A DNA stretch of 64,000 bases, from the NCBI GenBank assembly GCA_002633005.1, contig NMRA01000018.1, positions 1,065,531-1,129,530 of the forward strand, in the 5' to 3' direction. The position numbers and the translations under genes are program-made. Shown piece after piece: positions 1 to 11,937 of this stretch. Numbering within the stretch: the first letter of the stretch is position 1; each line of letters opens with the position of its first letter. The notes under the pieces were generated by a model. The model was not told the origin of the DNA. It made no database searches and saw only the letters and a program-made list of their open reading frames with translations. Source of the DNA: Phoronis australis (lineage: Eukaryota > Animalia > Phoronida).

Positions 1-686
1 CATTTCTTCCACTATACGTAAGACCTGTCGCTATTTTTCATATGCTTTCAGCCTATAAGTCATTATCTGTGCTGTCAAAATCAATAAAGTGTTGACTTGG
101 TATACCCGTTCCATTAAGATATTGAATTAAATAATAAATCAAAACATCACATGTTATGCAATTTAAAATGGCAAACATGGTCTTTTAGTCAAAATGTGTA
201 TTTTTTTAATTTTCTTTATTGCATTGACTTCTATTTGAATGCAATCTCATGAAGACATAATCTTGTTAGTGGGAATTTATGGTTTGCATATTGTAGCGCA
301 CCGAAACTGGCACGTTCGGAGTTCATAAGTCAATAGTTATGACAAAAATGGATATCAATCAGCCGAAGTAACAGTGAGCTTGTCGTTTTTTACAAAATTG
401 CTCACTTTGAATTTAGTGCATTGGGACTTTGTGGGCTTACTTGTAATAAAGATGGAGTTTATAAAACTTTGATAGTCAATTTTTTCCTCCTGTTATCACC
501 AAAAACGAACATAGCTGTATTTTCATTTACACAATCAAAACAGCTGGAATTGAGTATTGTTGGGAAAGACAAACAGTGCTTGTGTAACTTGTCATGTAGA
601 ATGTTAACGCCCAGTTAACGAGAAGTAATTTTTTTTTGCCAAAATGACTAAATTTTGGGAATAAATCTTTAGTACCTGTTTTGCAG

Positions 687-834
687 ACGTTGATCCCACT
701 GACGAGAGTGAGACAGAGAACACACCTCCTCAGGGGGCTAAAGCAAGACGATCAAAGATACCGAGTTATCGCCGTCCGAAGGTGTCTGTAAGAGTTCAGC
801 GTCACCCTCCTACCAAGAGCGCTCAGTCAACCAG
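687..834 (+). CDS. LRRCC1: LRRCC1-like internal coding exon 1 in window ((D)VDPTDESETENTPPQGAKARRSKIPSYRRPKVSVRVQRHPPTKSAQST)
   Basis: ttttgcag acceptor, ag|gtgagt donor, open frame; phase-2 end joins the exon at 19898 (ag+c=Ser). Low-complexity sequence, so it is assigned by phase and context. Confidence 0.7.
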
Positions 835-871
835 GTGAGTCCAGGTGAAATCTTACACATGGAGATTCTTT

Positions 872-3297
872 CAGCACTCGGCGTAACAAGCTGCAGGTCG
901 CATTTGCTACCTGAAATTTGGAAATGCGAGCTGAGATTTTGCGACCTGGAGCGAGCTGAGTATTCACGCTTCTTGGCAGATATGTGACAAATGTAAAGCA
1001 ATTCGTGTGAATCGGACCATGTTTTCAATTGGTCGTTGCAAAATTAAGTTCAAAAGAACACTAACAGAGAACAGCCCTCACGATGACTTGTAAGCATGTC
1101 GCATGAGCATGGGATAATACAAAGTCGATCTTTGATGTTTTTCATTGGCTAATATTTTCGTCTACTTTGCAAATTTCCGGATGTGCTGAAGAAAGTTTCA
1201 GACCATGGCCATAACGTGATAAAATGTGACAAGGCAGTGGTGTTTCTACTAATTCTTAAACGCCCAACTTGACAACATTTGTTTTTCGTGTAAAATGTCC
1301 TTATTATCAAATTACGGCAATATCCATGACAATATTCCTGATATCGCACTCCAGCGCTGGTCGGTTCCACTGTTAGCATGCAAGCGGTCCCTGCAGACTA
1401 TTGGAAATGTATGTCTAGTTTTTTTGTCGCAACACGTGAAAACGACAACCCAAATAATCCTCAAGTGACGGCCATGCGTTTACTTTCAGCAGGGTAGTTT
1501 TGAGTCGTCTAGAAATACTCAGCCCCTTTACTGGTTTTTGGGGCTTCGTGTGCAACATATGAGCCATTTGTCACTCGCCTGTTGTTGCCAACGTGAAGTG
1601 CAGGTCTGCTCCAGCGATTCAAGTGTGTGAACGTGTGCGTGCGCACCACTCCAAAACTGTACACCAAAAGAGAACCGCGACAGTCTCAAATTAAAGAGTA
1701 TACCAGCTTGCTCTGTTAAACGCCTGGGGGCCAACGATTTATGTCATAATCTGAACTTAGACTCGCGGCGGTTATAGAAGACCCGATGCTTTACGATATT
1801 CCCCAGCACCGATGTAGCCCAGAACTGATATTTTTCTGTTTCAATGTTTTGCCAGGTCTATGTTCCCTAGGCCCGATGTTCTATGCCCATAGCCAGCTAT
1901 TGCAACTAAACGGGTAGATGCGTGGTTGTTAGGCAAACTTGTTTAGCGAACTTTTATTCTCCTCATACACCCCCGCCAATTTTTTCACTCCTCGGACCAC
2001 GGCCGTAAATTTTTCAGACTCGAATAGAAAGAATATTTTTCCCACTAATGAGGGCAATTAAAAATGAAATTATTCCGGATGGCTAAAAACGATACAGTGT
2101 AAGTGGTAACAATAGCTGCAAAGTTACCTCTACTAGATGGAGTTTGACTCCCAAAATCATTTTTTTCAGTCTTTCAGTTTCTTATTACCCCAAACAGGTT
2201 AACGACTATGCTCACGCGTGTGCCTGCTTCCTACCTTTGTGTTTCATAATAAGCACTCACTGCTCTACTAAGCGTTCCCCCTCAACTTTTTCGGCTTTCC
2301 TATTAACTGCCCACAGTTCAGGCTGGCGCCCATCACGTGCATTAAAAACGACCACGTGTGGTTTGAAATTGACACGCAGCCTTTATAGTGAGTCACACTT
2401 TCAACAAATTCAGTTTACAAAAACCCGTCTTTTCTTAACATTTAATAACCAAACCCGGCTTTGTTTTATGCCTCCGAAAGAAAGTTAATACTAGTGACAT
2501 GCGTGATGGGGTCACGTGTCGTTTTGTGGCTGACCTACTTTCCTGTACATGGAAGACATTGAGTGCCAAGTGAGCAAACTCAAATTACCCGATAATGGAA
2601 ATATGCACGGAGTTGGAAATTTTTTTGAGGCTTTTCATTTTATAGAAAACTTGTTGTTAAAAACGAAAACGGCATTAGTCATGCATTTTTTGTTGTGAAA
2701 TTTGCATTGAATTGTTTCCATTTGGGGAGAAGGGAAACGTTTCATGGATTTTTTTCAACAGAATGTTGTTTCTTAATCGTTGAGTTAAGTTGCAAGGTTT
2801 GGCCTGTGAACAAATGGAGGGAGTTTGCATTCAGAGTTATCTATCTTTGGAACTACTTTGATAACAGTTATATAACAGGTCTGTCCTTGAAAAGTCACGG
2901 ATACTTTTTCAACAAGTATTTTCTCATTTTTCACGTTGCACACTTAGCTACTCGAATGCACCTGTCAGTTGGAGAGCACTGATTCAACTTCCATATCGGC
3001 AACCAGTCTTGTGCTCCAGAGCCTTTCAATGGTGGTAGTGAAGAACGGTAACGCCGTGCATGCATATAAGAACTCAATTTTGTGACCTGAGACTTGTGAG
3101 TCGTTAACGCCGTAGGTAAGAGTATAATCTAAGCATTTTCACGATGACCTAAACAAAATCAATTTTGCCGCTTAGAAATGGCAGAAAACTTTTGCGACTT
3201 GGAGTTTATGAAAGCAAGCTGGATTTTGAAAATGCAACCTGGGATTTTGGCTAGGTCGCATCATGCGACCTGGCAATTTTCATAGTGTCGAGTGCTG
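872..3297. mobile_element. ~2.4-kb non-autonomous hAT-like DNA transposon
   Basis: Imperfect TIRs cagcactcggcgtaacaagctgcaggtcgcat / revcomp cagcactcgacactatgaaaattgccaggtcgcat; repeated subterminal TGCGACCT motifs at both ends; flanks TCTTT/TCTTA; diverged inverted copy at ~50790-52617. Confidence 0.8.
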
Positions 3298-3859
3298 TCT
3301 TATTTGTGGGGATATTTTCTGTGTCAGTGTTAGTCGAAATGATTTTAATAACTATTGCGTAGTTGGCCTGAATCCATTTCATGTCTGTTTGTTACCTGTA
3401 TAAAAGTGCGTATGTTTGTGGGGGGGTAGGAGTGGGGAGCTCATTATGTACAGGTGTGTGTTTTCTTGAGAACCCTAGAGTTCATTTGTTGAAAAAGTGT
3501 CCTTGTTTCCGACCTGAAGTCAACAGCTCTGGGTCTTCATATTTTGCTTTATTTTTCGTAATTTTTTTTTTATTTTGCATGTGTCTTTTTTGTTAAGAGG
3601 GAAGCACACATCAAGCCATGCTTGAACAATTTTATTGTGAAAAGTCGTGTTAAAAGTCATGTTCTTTGAGTGATTCACTTGCTTCCACTTTTGTTGGTAT
3701 GCTTTTGTTGGCAACTTAGTTTTACGATGGATTTCCAATGTCAGTTAAAACAAGAACAACCACCAGTCGACATAAAATGTATATTATTTAATTTGTTTAC
3801 CAATATTTACAATTCATCAGTTTAAAGACATTCACTGTACTTATATACAGTGTTATGAA

Positions 3860-4352
3860 ACAATTCGAAGGGGCTAAACATGTTAAGATTCTACTGTCCG
3901 CAGTTGTCATGCACACATGGCCAAGGTGAATGGCTTCGACTTTAAGCAGGTTGGGTTCATTTAGCTGGGTGGAATTCTGTGGCCGTGCCTCAAAACTGCA
4001 GTTACAACCCTGTAACCACCAGTCCTTGTGAACTTGCAGACATCAATCTTAAGGAATCTGGTGTATCCCAGACCAGAGCTGCTAAACTGCACGTGCGGTC
4101 CGTCCTTTAAGTTCAGGTGAGGAACGTGATTCCGGAAACTGGAGTTTGGTGACCACATTTGGAACATTTTGGGCCTTTTTGTGGGGTTTAGGGGTGTGGG
4201 TGTGAAGATCTGTACAGCGGGTTTGGTGTCTGCTGCTTCAGAAGTCGTTCTCAAAAAGCATCATAGTTGGAATTTAGAGGCACCACCATGGGATTGTTTC
4301 CACCCTTGAAAATGGACCCACCGTGCTCGAGTTGACATAGTTCACCTTAACC
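3860..4352 (-). pseudogene. Decayed Cys/His zinc-finger coding relic, Mutator (MULE)/WRKY-GCM-like
   Basis: One minus-strand frame reads QGCNCSFEARPQNSTQLNEPNLLKVEAIHLGHVCMTTADSRIL; another has KCSKCGH. Stops and frameshifts present. Confidence 0.4.
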
Positions 4353-6360
4353 CTGCAAATTTGTGTAGTGACGTTAACATTTACCTCCAGGTGTCACTTG
4401 AATGTTCTGCTTAAGGAACTGAAGCTTTGAACTAAGACTGCATTCCATAACTCTTATTTGAATCTTACAAGCTAGTATTAGCAAACTACGTATAACCTCT
4501 GACTTGAATGGGTGCAACTTTGTTGTCGGATTTCACTTGATGAAGATTTAATATGCTTTATGTGCACATTTGGCTACAAAATGATGACATTTTTGAAGAA
4601 AAATGAATTTTAATGGAACGTGTAAATTTGCTGCTAAATTTTAAGTTGATTTGGGTAAAGCTTCAAGGCTGACTTATGCGCTGCATTCATTTCATTTTGA
4701 AACTGACAGCTTCTCTGTTTTTATTTTTTCAACTAGCTACACATTTCTGATTGTCTCGTTTTGTGTAACCCTGACACAGGCAATTTTGTTAGTGGTCTAA
4801 TCAAATAATTTTGATAACATAAAGTGAATTGTAACTTTAAGGTCTTATGCATCTTTCTTCAGCAATTTTTTTGGTGAAACTGACTTCTGAATTTGACCAC
4901 GTACTGTAGCTATAAAATTGGTTTCTACCTGTACCTTACTCAGGTAAGCAAGACTAAACGAAATAAGTTGCAAACCATGGTTCATTGTTCTGTGTGCCAG
5001 TTGGTTATCTGTTGTATGTTAATGGGATTCTTTTGGTGTCCGGGGATCGTTAAATTGCTCTCACTCACCTGACATTTTAATACTACGTGGTGTTCACTAA
5101 TACTGTAGTCTAAAACCTGGTCTACATAATGTCGTAAAAGACCAGTCGCCTGTTAACTTGTCGTAATACAATGTGTACAGATGCTGTATGCACGACGACT
5201 GGTCACATCTACAATATGGTGGTACTTACAACAGCGTCTTCAACAACCTGCCAAAAGGGTGTGCTTGTGACTCTTACAGCGTTACTCGTTAAAACTTAGT
5301 TTCTAGCTTGAATGGTTCGTTTTGGTTGTGCACCAGGCTACTGTCAGCACATTGAATTTCCTGATGGTAGACTGGTAACTAAACACTGTGTAAATATTTC
5401 TAAACTGACACACACATTTGCGGCCTGTATGGGCAAATTGACATGTAGCGGCGCCTTTCTTAAAATTAATCCAGGCATTGTTTCCTTCGATTCTCAATTT
5501 TTAAGATTTCCAAATCATTGGCAAATGTTCTATATGTTGGTCTTGCTATTCTCTGCCTAACAAAACTCAGAACACAATCGTTATCGAAATCTTGCAAAGT
5601 TCACATTGAAAATCCTAGATATGACTCGTATTTTTTATGAAACAAAGCCTAGTAGAATAAATAGGTATAGTCAAAAGGGTGATAAATTCTAATACATAAT
5701 TTATGCCTTTCATTTGATTTTAATTATGTATATTCTAGTGGAATGAATGTTCATAGCTGGCATCGTTACATAGTATTAAAAGAATCATTGTTACCGGCTG
5801 CCTTGTTATGAATTTTCTGCTATGTATATGCTATTTTGTTAAGACCCATGCAATGGTGAATAGGTGAATTGCAAACTTCAAACTGGAATATGTTGTTAGC
5901 AGTAATGAATCTGCCATTTGTACTAATGAATGAACACCATTCTGTCCATGATTTTATCATGTGAAATTTAGAACACTAGCTCACTGTATTAAAAAAGAAC
6001 AACAAACTGGTTTCCAGTCCCAAAACTTGAACCGAACCAATAGACACTGCATGGAGTTTAATACTGTTTACAATGCAGAGACATTCACCAGTGCTAGCTC
6101 ATAACAAATACTTCACGATTGTAAAGGTAAAAAGTGTTAATTGGTTTGCACTGTTTTTTGTGTTGTGATTCAGCACAGCATCTAAATTGAAGTACGTGGC
6201 CCATTTCTTGAATTGTTTATGAAACAAGTTTTCCTGAAAAAATCTCGTCACTCCAGTACAACTACAGAAAGAGCCTTGTAAGTTTGCAAAGTTCTCCCAT
6301 TCTTACGTATTAGACTGATGCACCCCTAATGCTTGAGAAAAACACTGTTGCCAAGCGGCC

Positions 6361-7710
6361 TTAACTAAACTTGTTTCTGTTGCCTAACAACGATCTTCTT
6401 TCCTGCCATGTGATTACAGTTGTTGGAGACTTTTTGTTGGCATTCCACTGCACCAATGTCAACATATTGCAGTTGGCATTTGTGTCACGTGACTGCTTTA
6501 GACTTTCCATGCTAGAGCCCTGTTTTGGCGAGATGGTACCTGTCATGTGTTCTGGAGATGAGCCGTTTGTGTTTGCATTCATGTAACGTCGATTCCGTGC
6601 TTTGATTGTTGACTGTACTGATGTGGCTAGTGTGCGCTGCCGTGCGAGCTTCTTGTGTATACATGGGCAAAACATTCGCACAAATACGCTCCTGAACTTG
6701 TTTCCAAAGAGACAGTAAATCACAAAGTTGGTTGCTGAGTTGATAACAACCATCAAGTTGCTGATAAAGTACAACTTGAATACCCAACCAGACTGCTTCT
6801 CTGCGGGAGAGAGAGTGACCTCCAATATGTTGTCGATGATTGACGGGAATTGACAGATGAGGAAGACGATGACCAGTGCTATTACCATCATGGTTAGTGT
6901 CCGTTCTTTCGCTGGTTTTGAGTTTTTCTGGTGACTCCTGTATGACCTGCGCACAGCCCGAATCAAAAGAATGTTTAATATAAGGATGATACAGAAGGGG
7001 GCAACAAAAAATATGATAAGTTGTAGGTAAATAAAGTAGACCTCTCGAAATGTGTTGTTCTTGCCAAACTCAGTTAAAACTATTTCTGGTCTAGTGGCGT
7101 TGACGTTGGAGTCGTACTGTTCTTTAATCTCGTGTTCTAATATCCGTGGAATGTTATACAGTATAGAGCAGATGACGATGGCCATAATCCCCTTGCGGGC
7201 ACGAGGTATCGTGCAGACTTGCGTCGAGTATAGTGGGTGGCATACAGCGATGTAGCGTTCGATTGTAAATGCAACGGTCGTGTAGATTGTGCACAACTGG
7301 GCAGTGAGTGCTAGGGGGTACGCAAATGGATGCATGTACGGGTACATCACCGTGTAGGACTCCAACGTCTTTATGGCAGGTATGGCTAAGAAGAGAGACA
7401 TGGATATTAGAAGGAGTGTATCGAAGACTGCTAGTGCTGTTAGGTAGCATGACGTGGATGATTGCATTCGTCTGTGATTAAGTACAGTGATGGACAGAAT
7501 ATTGCCGATGACGCCCAGGCAGACAACAATGTTAGCCACTACGCCCCACGCATAGAACTGAAACTCCTCAAGCTCCTTCATATCAATATTGTCATTTAAT
7601 CCTGCGTCTGAAGAAATAATGGCAGTTGTCTCGATGTCTGTGAAAGATTCATCTATAGAGTCGTTGAGCCAGACCTCATATTCAAATGTGTTGTTCAGGA
7701 ACTGTATCAT
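6361..7710 (-). CDS. Intronless class A (rhodopsin-like) neuropeptide GPCR, FMRFamide-receptor-like family, 449 aa
   Basis: Intact ATG..TAA ORF with 7 hydrophobic segments: GN in TM1, LAxxD in TM2, ERYIAVCHP after TM3, YNIPR in TM4, CQFP in TM6, INSATNFVIYC..G.KFR in TM7/H8, plus N-terminal N-glycosylation sequons. This motif set is typical of the FMRFaR/sex-peptide/myosuppressin receptor group; the ligand cannot be assigned. Confidence 0.95.
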   Translation of the reverse strand: MIQFLNNTFEYEVWLNDSIDESFTDIETTAIISSDAGLNDNIDMKELEEFQFYAWGVVANIVVCLGVIGNILSITVLNHRRMQSSTSCYLTALAVFDTLLLISMSLFLAIPAIKTLESYTVMYPYMHPFAYPLALTAQLCTIYTTVAFTIERYIAVCHPLYSTQVCTIPRARKGIMAIVICSILYNIPRILEHEIKEQYDSNVNATRPEIVLTEFGKNNTFREVYFIYLQLIIFFVAPFCIILILNILLIRAVRRSYRSHQKNSKPAKERTLTMMVIALVIVFLICQFPSIIDNILEVTLSPAEKQSGWVFKLYFISNLMVVINSATNFVIYCLFGNKFRSVFVRMFCPCIHKKLARQRTLATSVQSTIKARNRRYMNANTNGSSPEHMTGTISPKQGSSMESLKQSRDTNANCNMLTLVQWNANKKSPTTVITWQERRSLLGNRNKFS

Positions 7711-10080
7711 AGCCGTGCTTCCCTTGAATATTGGCTTTACAATCTAAGTAGTCAGTCCTCAGTTTTATCCTATTCAGAATTCCGAGTCCGACTGTTTCGG
7801 ACTCTGCTGCTCACACCTGTGTTTCAATACGCCTCTGCGGTCGAGAATGCTATCCAGTATATTGTATCACATAACTAGCCAATGGTCAGTTTATATGGTC
7901 ACAGCTAGTTTACTAGAGCGATTTCTTCAATCATGCTTTCTCCTGTTCTGTTTGTTTTGCCTGCGAGTTGAAAATCCATTACCATCAAAGCAACCTAATG
8001 AGTATTGCATTTAATTTTATTTTTCTTTCGTAGTTAACTGTTTTTATAGCTCATCTGTTTATCACTCGTGCGCACATGCGATTGGTTCTCCAATGACGTA
8101 AGTGATACGGGTCAGTTAAACATCTAATCCAGAGGCCGATGCAGACTTTATTTCCTCACAGACGCTCAGTGGCTTCCTTCAGTTGTGAAGGTTTCTGAAA
8201 AACAACGGAATTTTTAAGGCTGATATGTCTCAGTTACCTGACATTGTCTCTGTGTTGAGCTCAGTCAAGGTTGGAAATGAAAATGACTGTTTTACAGCTG
8301 AACATCAAAATGAGACAGGTTCGTATTTGGGAACACAAAAATCAAATCAGAATTTATTTCTTCAATCGAAACGAGTCAGTCATGTAGACTTGCCTGGGAT
8401 GCGCCTGACGGACTGTCACACTTAAACTTTCTGCTCTTAAACTATTTAGAGTATTGGAATTTGAAACCTTCTAGAACAGTGTCTATGTTGCAATCTCAAC
8501 CTATTCAGCCTTATTGTCTAAGTTGCAATTAAAACAAATCTAGGTATGAAAACAATTGAGGAACTCTTGTCCAGAATAGTCAAAACACTCGAGCAGCATT
8601 GCAAAGGTTCAGGGAATAGTTAACAGACACATGACAGTATTTTTAACTTGAAGGAGATGATGTCAGTCTGTACATTTGCAGTGCAGCAGAGAGAAATTGA
8701 CAGCTGGAATCCACCGATGTGCGTTGAGTGCAATGCATGTAGCACCCTTTAACTTGTATAGTACACGCTACTCCAATGAGATGGATTTTCTCTAATCTGT
8801 CTTTGCATGCTAGGCTGTATTGCAGATTTTTTTAAAAATATTTTATACTGCCTCAATTGCAGAAAAAATGATCACATACAACGAGCATTAAAACAGCAGA
8901 ATCCTCCATCTCCCAAAAGTTGTCCAATGCCTGTGACGCAAACCTGAACTTAAGTTATACACGTCTGCATGTAAGCATTCTTGCCGTTTCTTTTCAAGAT
9001 ACTATAAAACAAATGGTTTTCTATTTGGGTGCTAGGAGAAGGCATTGCTTTGAGGATTGCCATAACACTGTAGTCATGTGAACTCCTGCCATGGCTGTGG
9101 AATTTGTGGCTGAACAAGATTGCTCATTTTTTATAAAACTTCCATACGCAAGTGAGCCCAGCTGAAGTATACATCTTCAAGACATGTTAGCTTTTAGCTC
9201 ACAATGTACCTGGTATTACCCTGCATCATTTGATACCAACTGTTGTCAAGAAGGTTATTAATAATACCTCCAATCCCAATAACAGTTCTTTGCCTAAAAA
9301 GCTTCCTGAAACATCTTGCTGTTTGTGATGCCGTGGACCTAATCTAGTGATCCCTTTTCTTTGTTAGTGTTTTGTGGTGAAGTCAATTTCTTCAATGTAT
9401 TTCTCTTAAAATGTGTTTCAATCATACTACATTTTCGATATTTCTAATAACGTCTTCAAATCATCAGTAATTTCATTCAGCAGCAGTGAATACGCTCTCT
9501 GCACAAACTGAATTCCTAACACCTAACTCTGCTTGCCTTTTAAAATCTGGAAAATGACAAAAATGGTTTCCTTGCATGAAAGACTTATGGAAATGAAAAA
9601 TGACAATTCCATAAGGTCAATAAGAATACATTCATTGTGCTAATAACTTCACATTGCGAGAGCTCATACATTCATGTTTTGCTACAATATCTTTTTGGAC
9701 TAATACTCCGAGATCCCATGTGATGGAGTGGTAAAGTTTCGCGTCAAAGTTTCGCGTCAAAGTGTGGTTCTCGCTGTGCATTTATTTTCCGATTGATCAC
9801 AGCTTTTGCTATTCTTCTGACCGAGTTTGGCTTGCTTGAGGTGACTACTGTCTTAATTGTTCAGGGATTTAGTAGCACAACTATCATTAAAATGTGCATA
9901 CTTTTTGTGGTAAAACCGTCGTGTGAAAGAAATGAAAAACAAAATGTTGCAAACCCATGGAAAATGAAAACAATAGAAATGGAAATTGCATTGCCTTATT
10001 TTGACATTTCTCTCCAAACTCCCTATGTTTGCTTGATTAGCTTGATGAAGACTACCGTACTGAGTAAGGCAAATCAAACT

Positions 10081-10378
10081 TGTCAAAAACTCTTAAAGCT
10101 GCGTTTTTGCCCTGCTTAGCTGGCAAAAAGCAAAAATCGAAGTAGGTCTTTTACTTTCGTAAGATTGGTGCTATAATACTATTTACCATATTGGGATTGT
10201 GTTTCCGTCACCATCAAGAACATAGAAACCATCAACAGCAAAAGTCTCGAGCATGGAGTCGATGATGGTTTCGATGTTCTTGTTGGTGACGAAGATGGAA
10301 TCCTGTCAAGATTTTTGTTTTTTGTTTTTTAGCCAACTAACCTGGGAGGAATGCAGTTTTATAAAAGCTTGTTGTCAC
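10081..10378. mobile_element. Palindromic (foldback) MITE
   Basis: Inner arms 10193-10233 and 10263-10304 are near-perfect inverted repeats; outer arms (gcttagctggcaaaaagcaaaaatc vs revcomp ggttagttggctaaaaaac..aaaaatc) extend the symmetry. Confidence 0.7.
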
Positions 10379-11087
10379 CTTTTTCAACATTGAATTATGA
10401 GACTGGAAAACTTACCTTTTGGTATGTAACCATGGCTGTGCAAGCATTATTAAGATTGATGGTCGCTAAGTCATTCTGTTATTCAAACTGAATATCTTTC
10501 ACAAATTTTATCATTTAGTAAGATTCGTTTTCTTACTGAGTGGTGATCAAAATTTGCTATTAATGTGTCCTGTTGATGTGTGACGTTACACAGCACTAGA
10601 GTGTGCTAGAGTAGACTTCTCTGTTGGCAAAGATTGTGCAGGCTAATACCCAGTTCACAAACTGGCTAAAATGCTGGTGTTTTCTCTGGCACAATCGCTA
10701 GTAGCAATAACTTCAGTCAAATGTGAATGTTTAAAATGTAGCTTCCGTTGGCTGCTACCCTAAAACTTTTTGCGTTTTTGCTAGAACTCTAGTAGCCAAA
10801 CTGCTCTCTTCAAAGAACACACATGCGCAGGGAAATGACACCTTTGTTTATCGTCATATCAACCAATTTATGAAAGAAACTGAAGTGTTTTGACATCAAC
10901 TTTCGCTTAAAAGCGATTTGGGTGTAAGGAAACAAAGCGCTAGAGAAAATTACCCTTTCTCAGACAGCTTCCCTGTCTGGCTAATAATGTTAGCAAAATA
11001 TGCTAGTGTTTTAGGCAAATGGAACTGTTATCTTTTTCATCACTCGTATGAACCTTGAGTAAGGTAGGCCCAAAAAATTCGAATAAT

Positions 11088-11260
11088 ATTGACGAACTGG
11101 CTAAAACAACAAAAACAACACAACATTCAGTGGGATAACATCCGGATGCTTGGCGGTGAAACAGGATGTACTGAAGTAAAGTTCAGGGAAGCTATACACA
11201 TGAAGCTACTCAACAATGTCTTCTGTCAGCCTTAGCTGCTTCTGCCTACCTCTCCTTAGG
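11088..11260 (+). mobile_element. Penelope-like retroelement relic (C-terminal part of GIY-YIG endonuclease)
   Basis: Frame from 11116 reads QHNIQWDNIRMLGGETGCTEVKFREAIHMKLLNN, matching the PLE pattern HxIxWxNxxILxxExxxxxRKxxEAIHI. Confidence 0.7.
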
Positions 11261-11304
11261 CAATAAGGAAGATACACATGGAGCAAATTTCCCTCGAAAT
11301 AAAT

Positions 11305-11520
11305 GGATGGCTCAGTATTGCCTAGTAGTTAGAGTGCTCTACTGACAACCAAAATGTCCCAGGGTTCATTAACGCCATTGTGCATCGGGAAAAGTACAAT
11401 CCAAGTGTTTACTATGAGTGAACCAGATACCTGTATCGTTTTTCTATGAATGCTGTAGCACCTGAAGATGGCTGGAGAAACGCACTTCTGAAACGCCACG
11501 CCAATGTAAATTTTAGACGA
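11305..11520 (+). mobile_element. Old tRNA-derived SINE fragment
   Basis: gcctagtagttagagtgctctactgacaaccaaaatgtcccagggttca resembles a degenerate A-box/B-box tRNA head; not a foldable tRNA. 3' boundary approximate. Confidence 0.45.
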
Positions 11521-11884
11521 GCTATAGGTTGGTGTAAATAGACCAAGAAGTTATGTTATTACATCACCCCCTCAAAGTGGTTGTAGGAAGTCATTATTTT
11601 ACCCATTAAATGATGTTGGCCAAGCTTGAATAAGCTTTGTAACTTTTCAGGTAGGTTAATCTTACCAGTCGGAATTATACAAGCTTGATGAATTTAGTGT
11701 GGTGGTAGCACTCGGGTATTTATTGCGGAGACTACAGTATGGGTAGCACTGACTTTATTCCAGAGTGCATGCATATTCATATCAGAGTTCTGTAGCTTTT
11801 CACTTGCACAGCTTCTGAAATAATCACCACTGTTGTCCACGCGCTTCCCACATTCCGTAAACATCATTCACCCAGTTTCTGTCC

Positions 11885-11937
11885 CAGATGGCACAAAGAT
11901 GAAAGGTGGCCCGACAGGTGTCAGATGACGTCAGGTG
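11885..11937. promoter_or_regulatory. Candidate enhancer: four E-boxes plus a full CRE
   Basis: CAGATG 11885 and 11922, CAGGTG 11915 and 11932, TGACGTCA 11926-11933, all within 53 bp and ~4.2 kb upstream of the GPCR ATG. Confidence 0.3.

Noticed and set aside
10193-10304. Pre-miRNA hairpin with G-U pairs
   Set aside because: The loop is about 28 nt and the symmetry extends to a ~300-bp foldback, which fits a MITE better.
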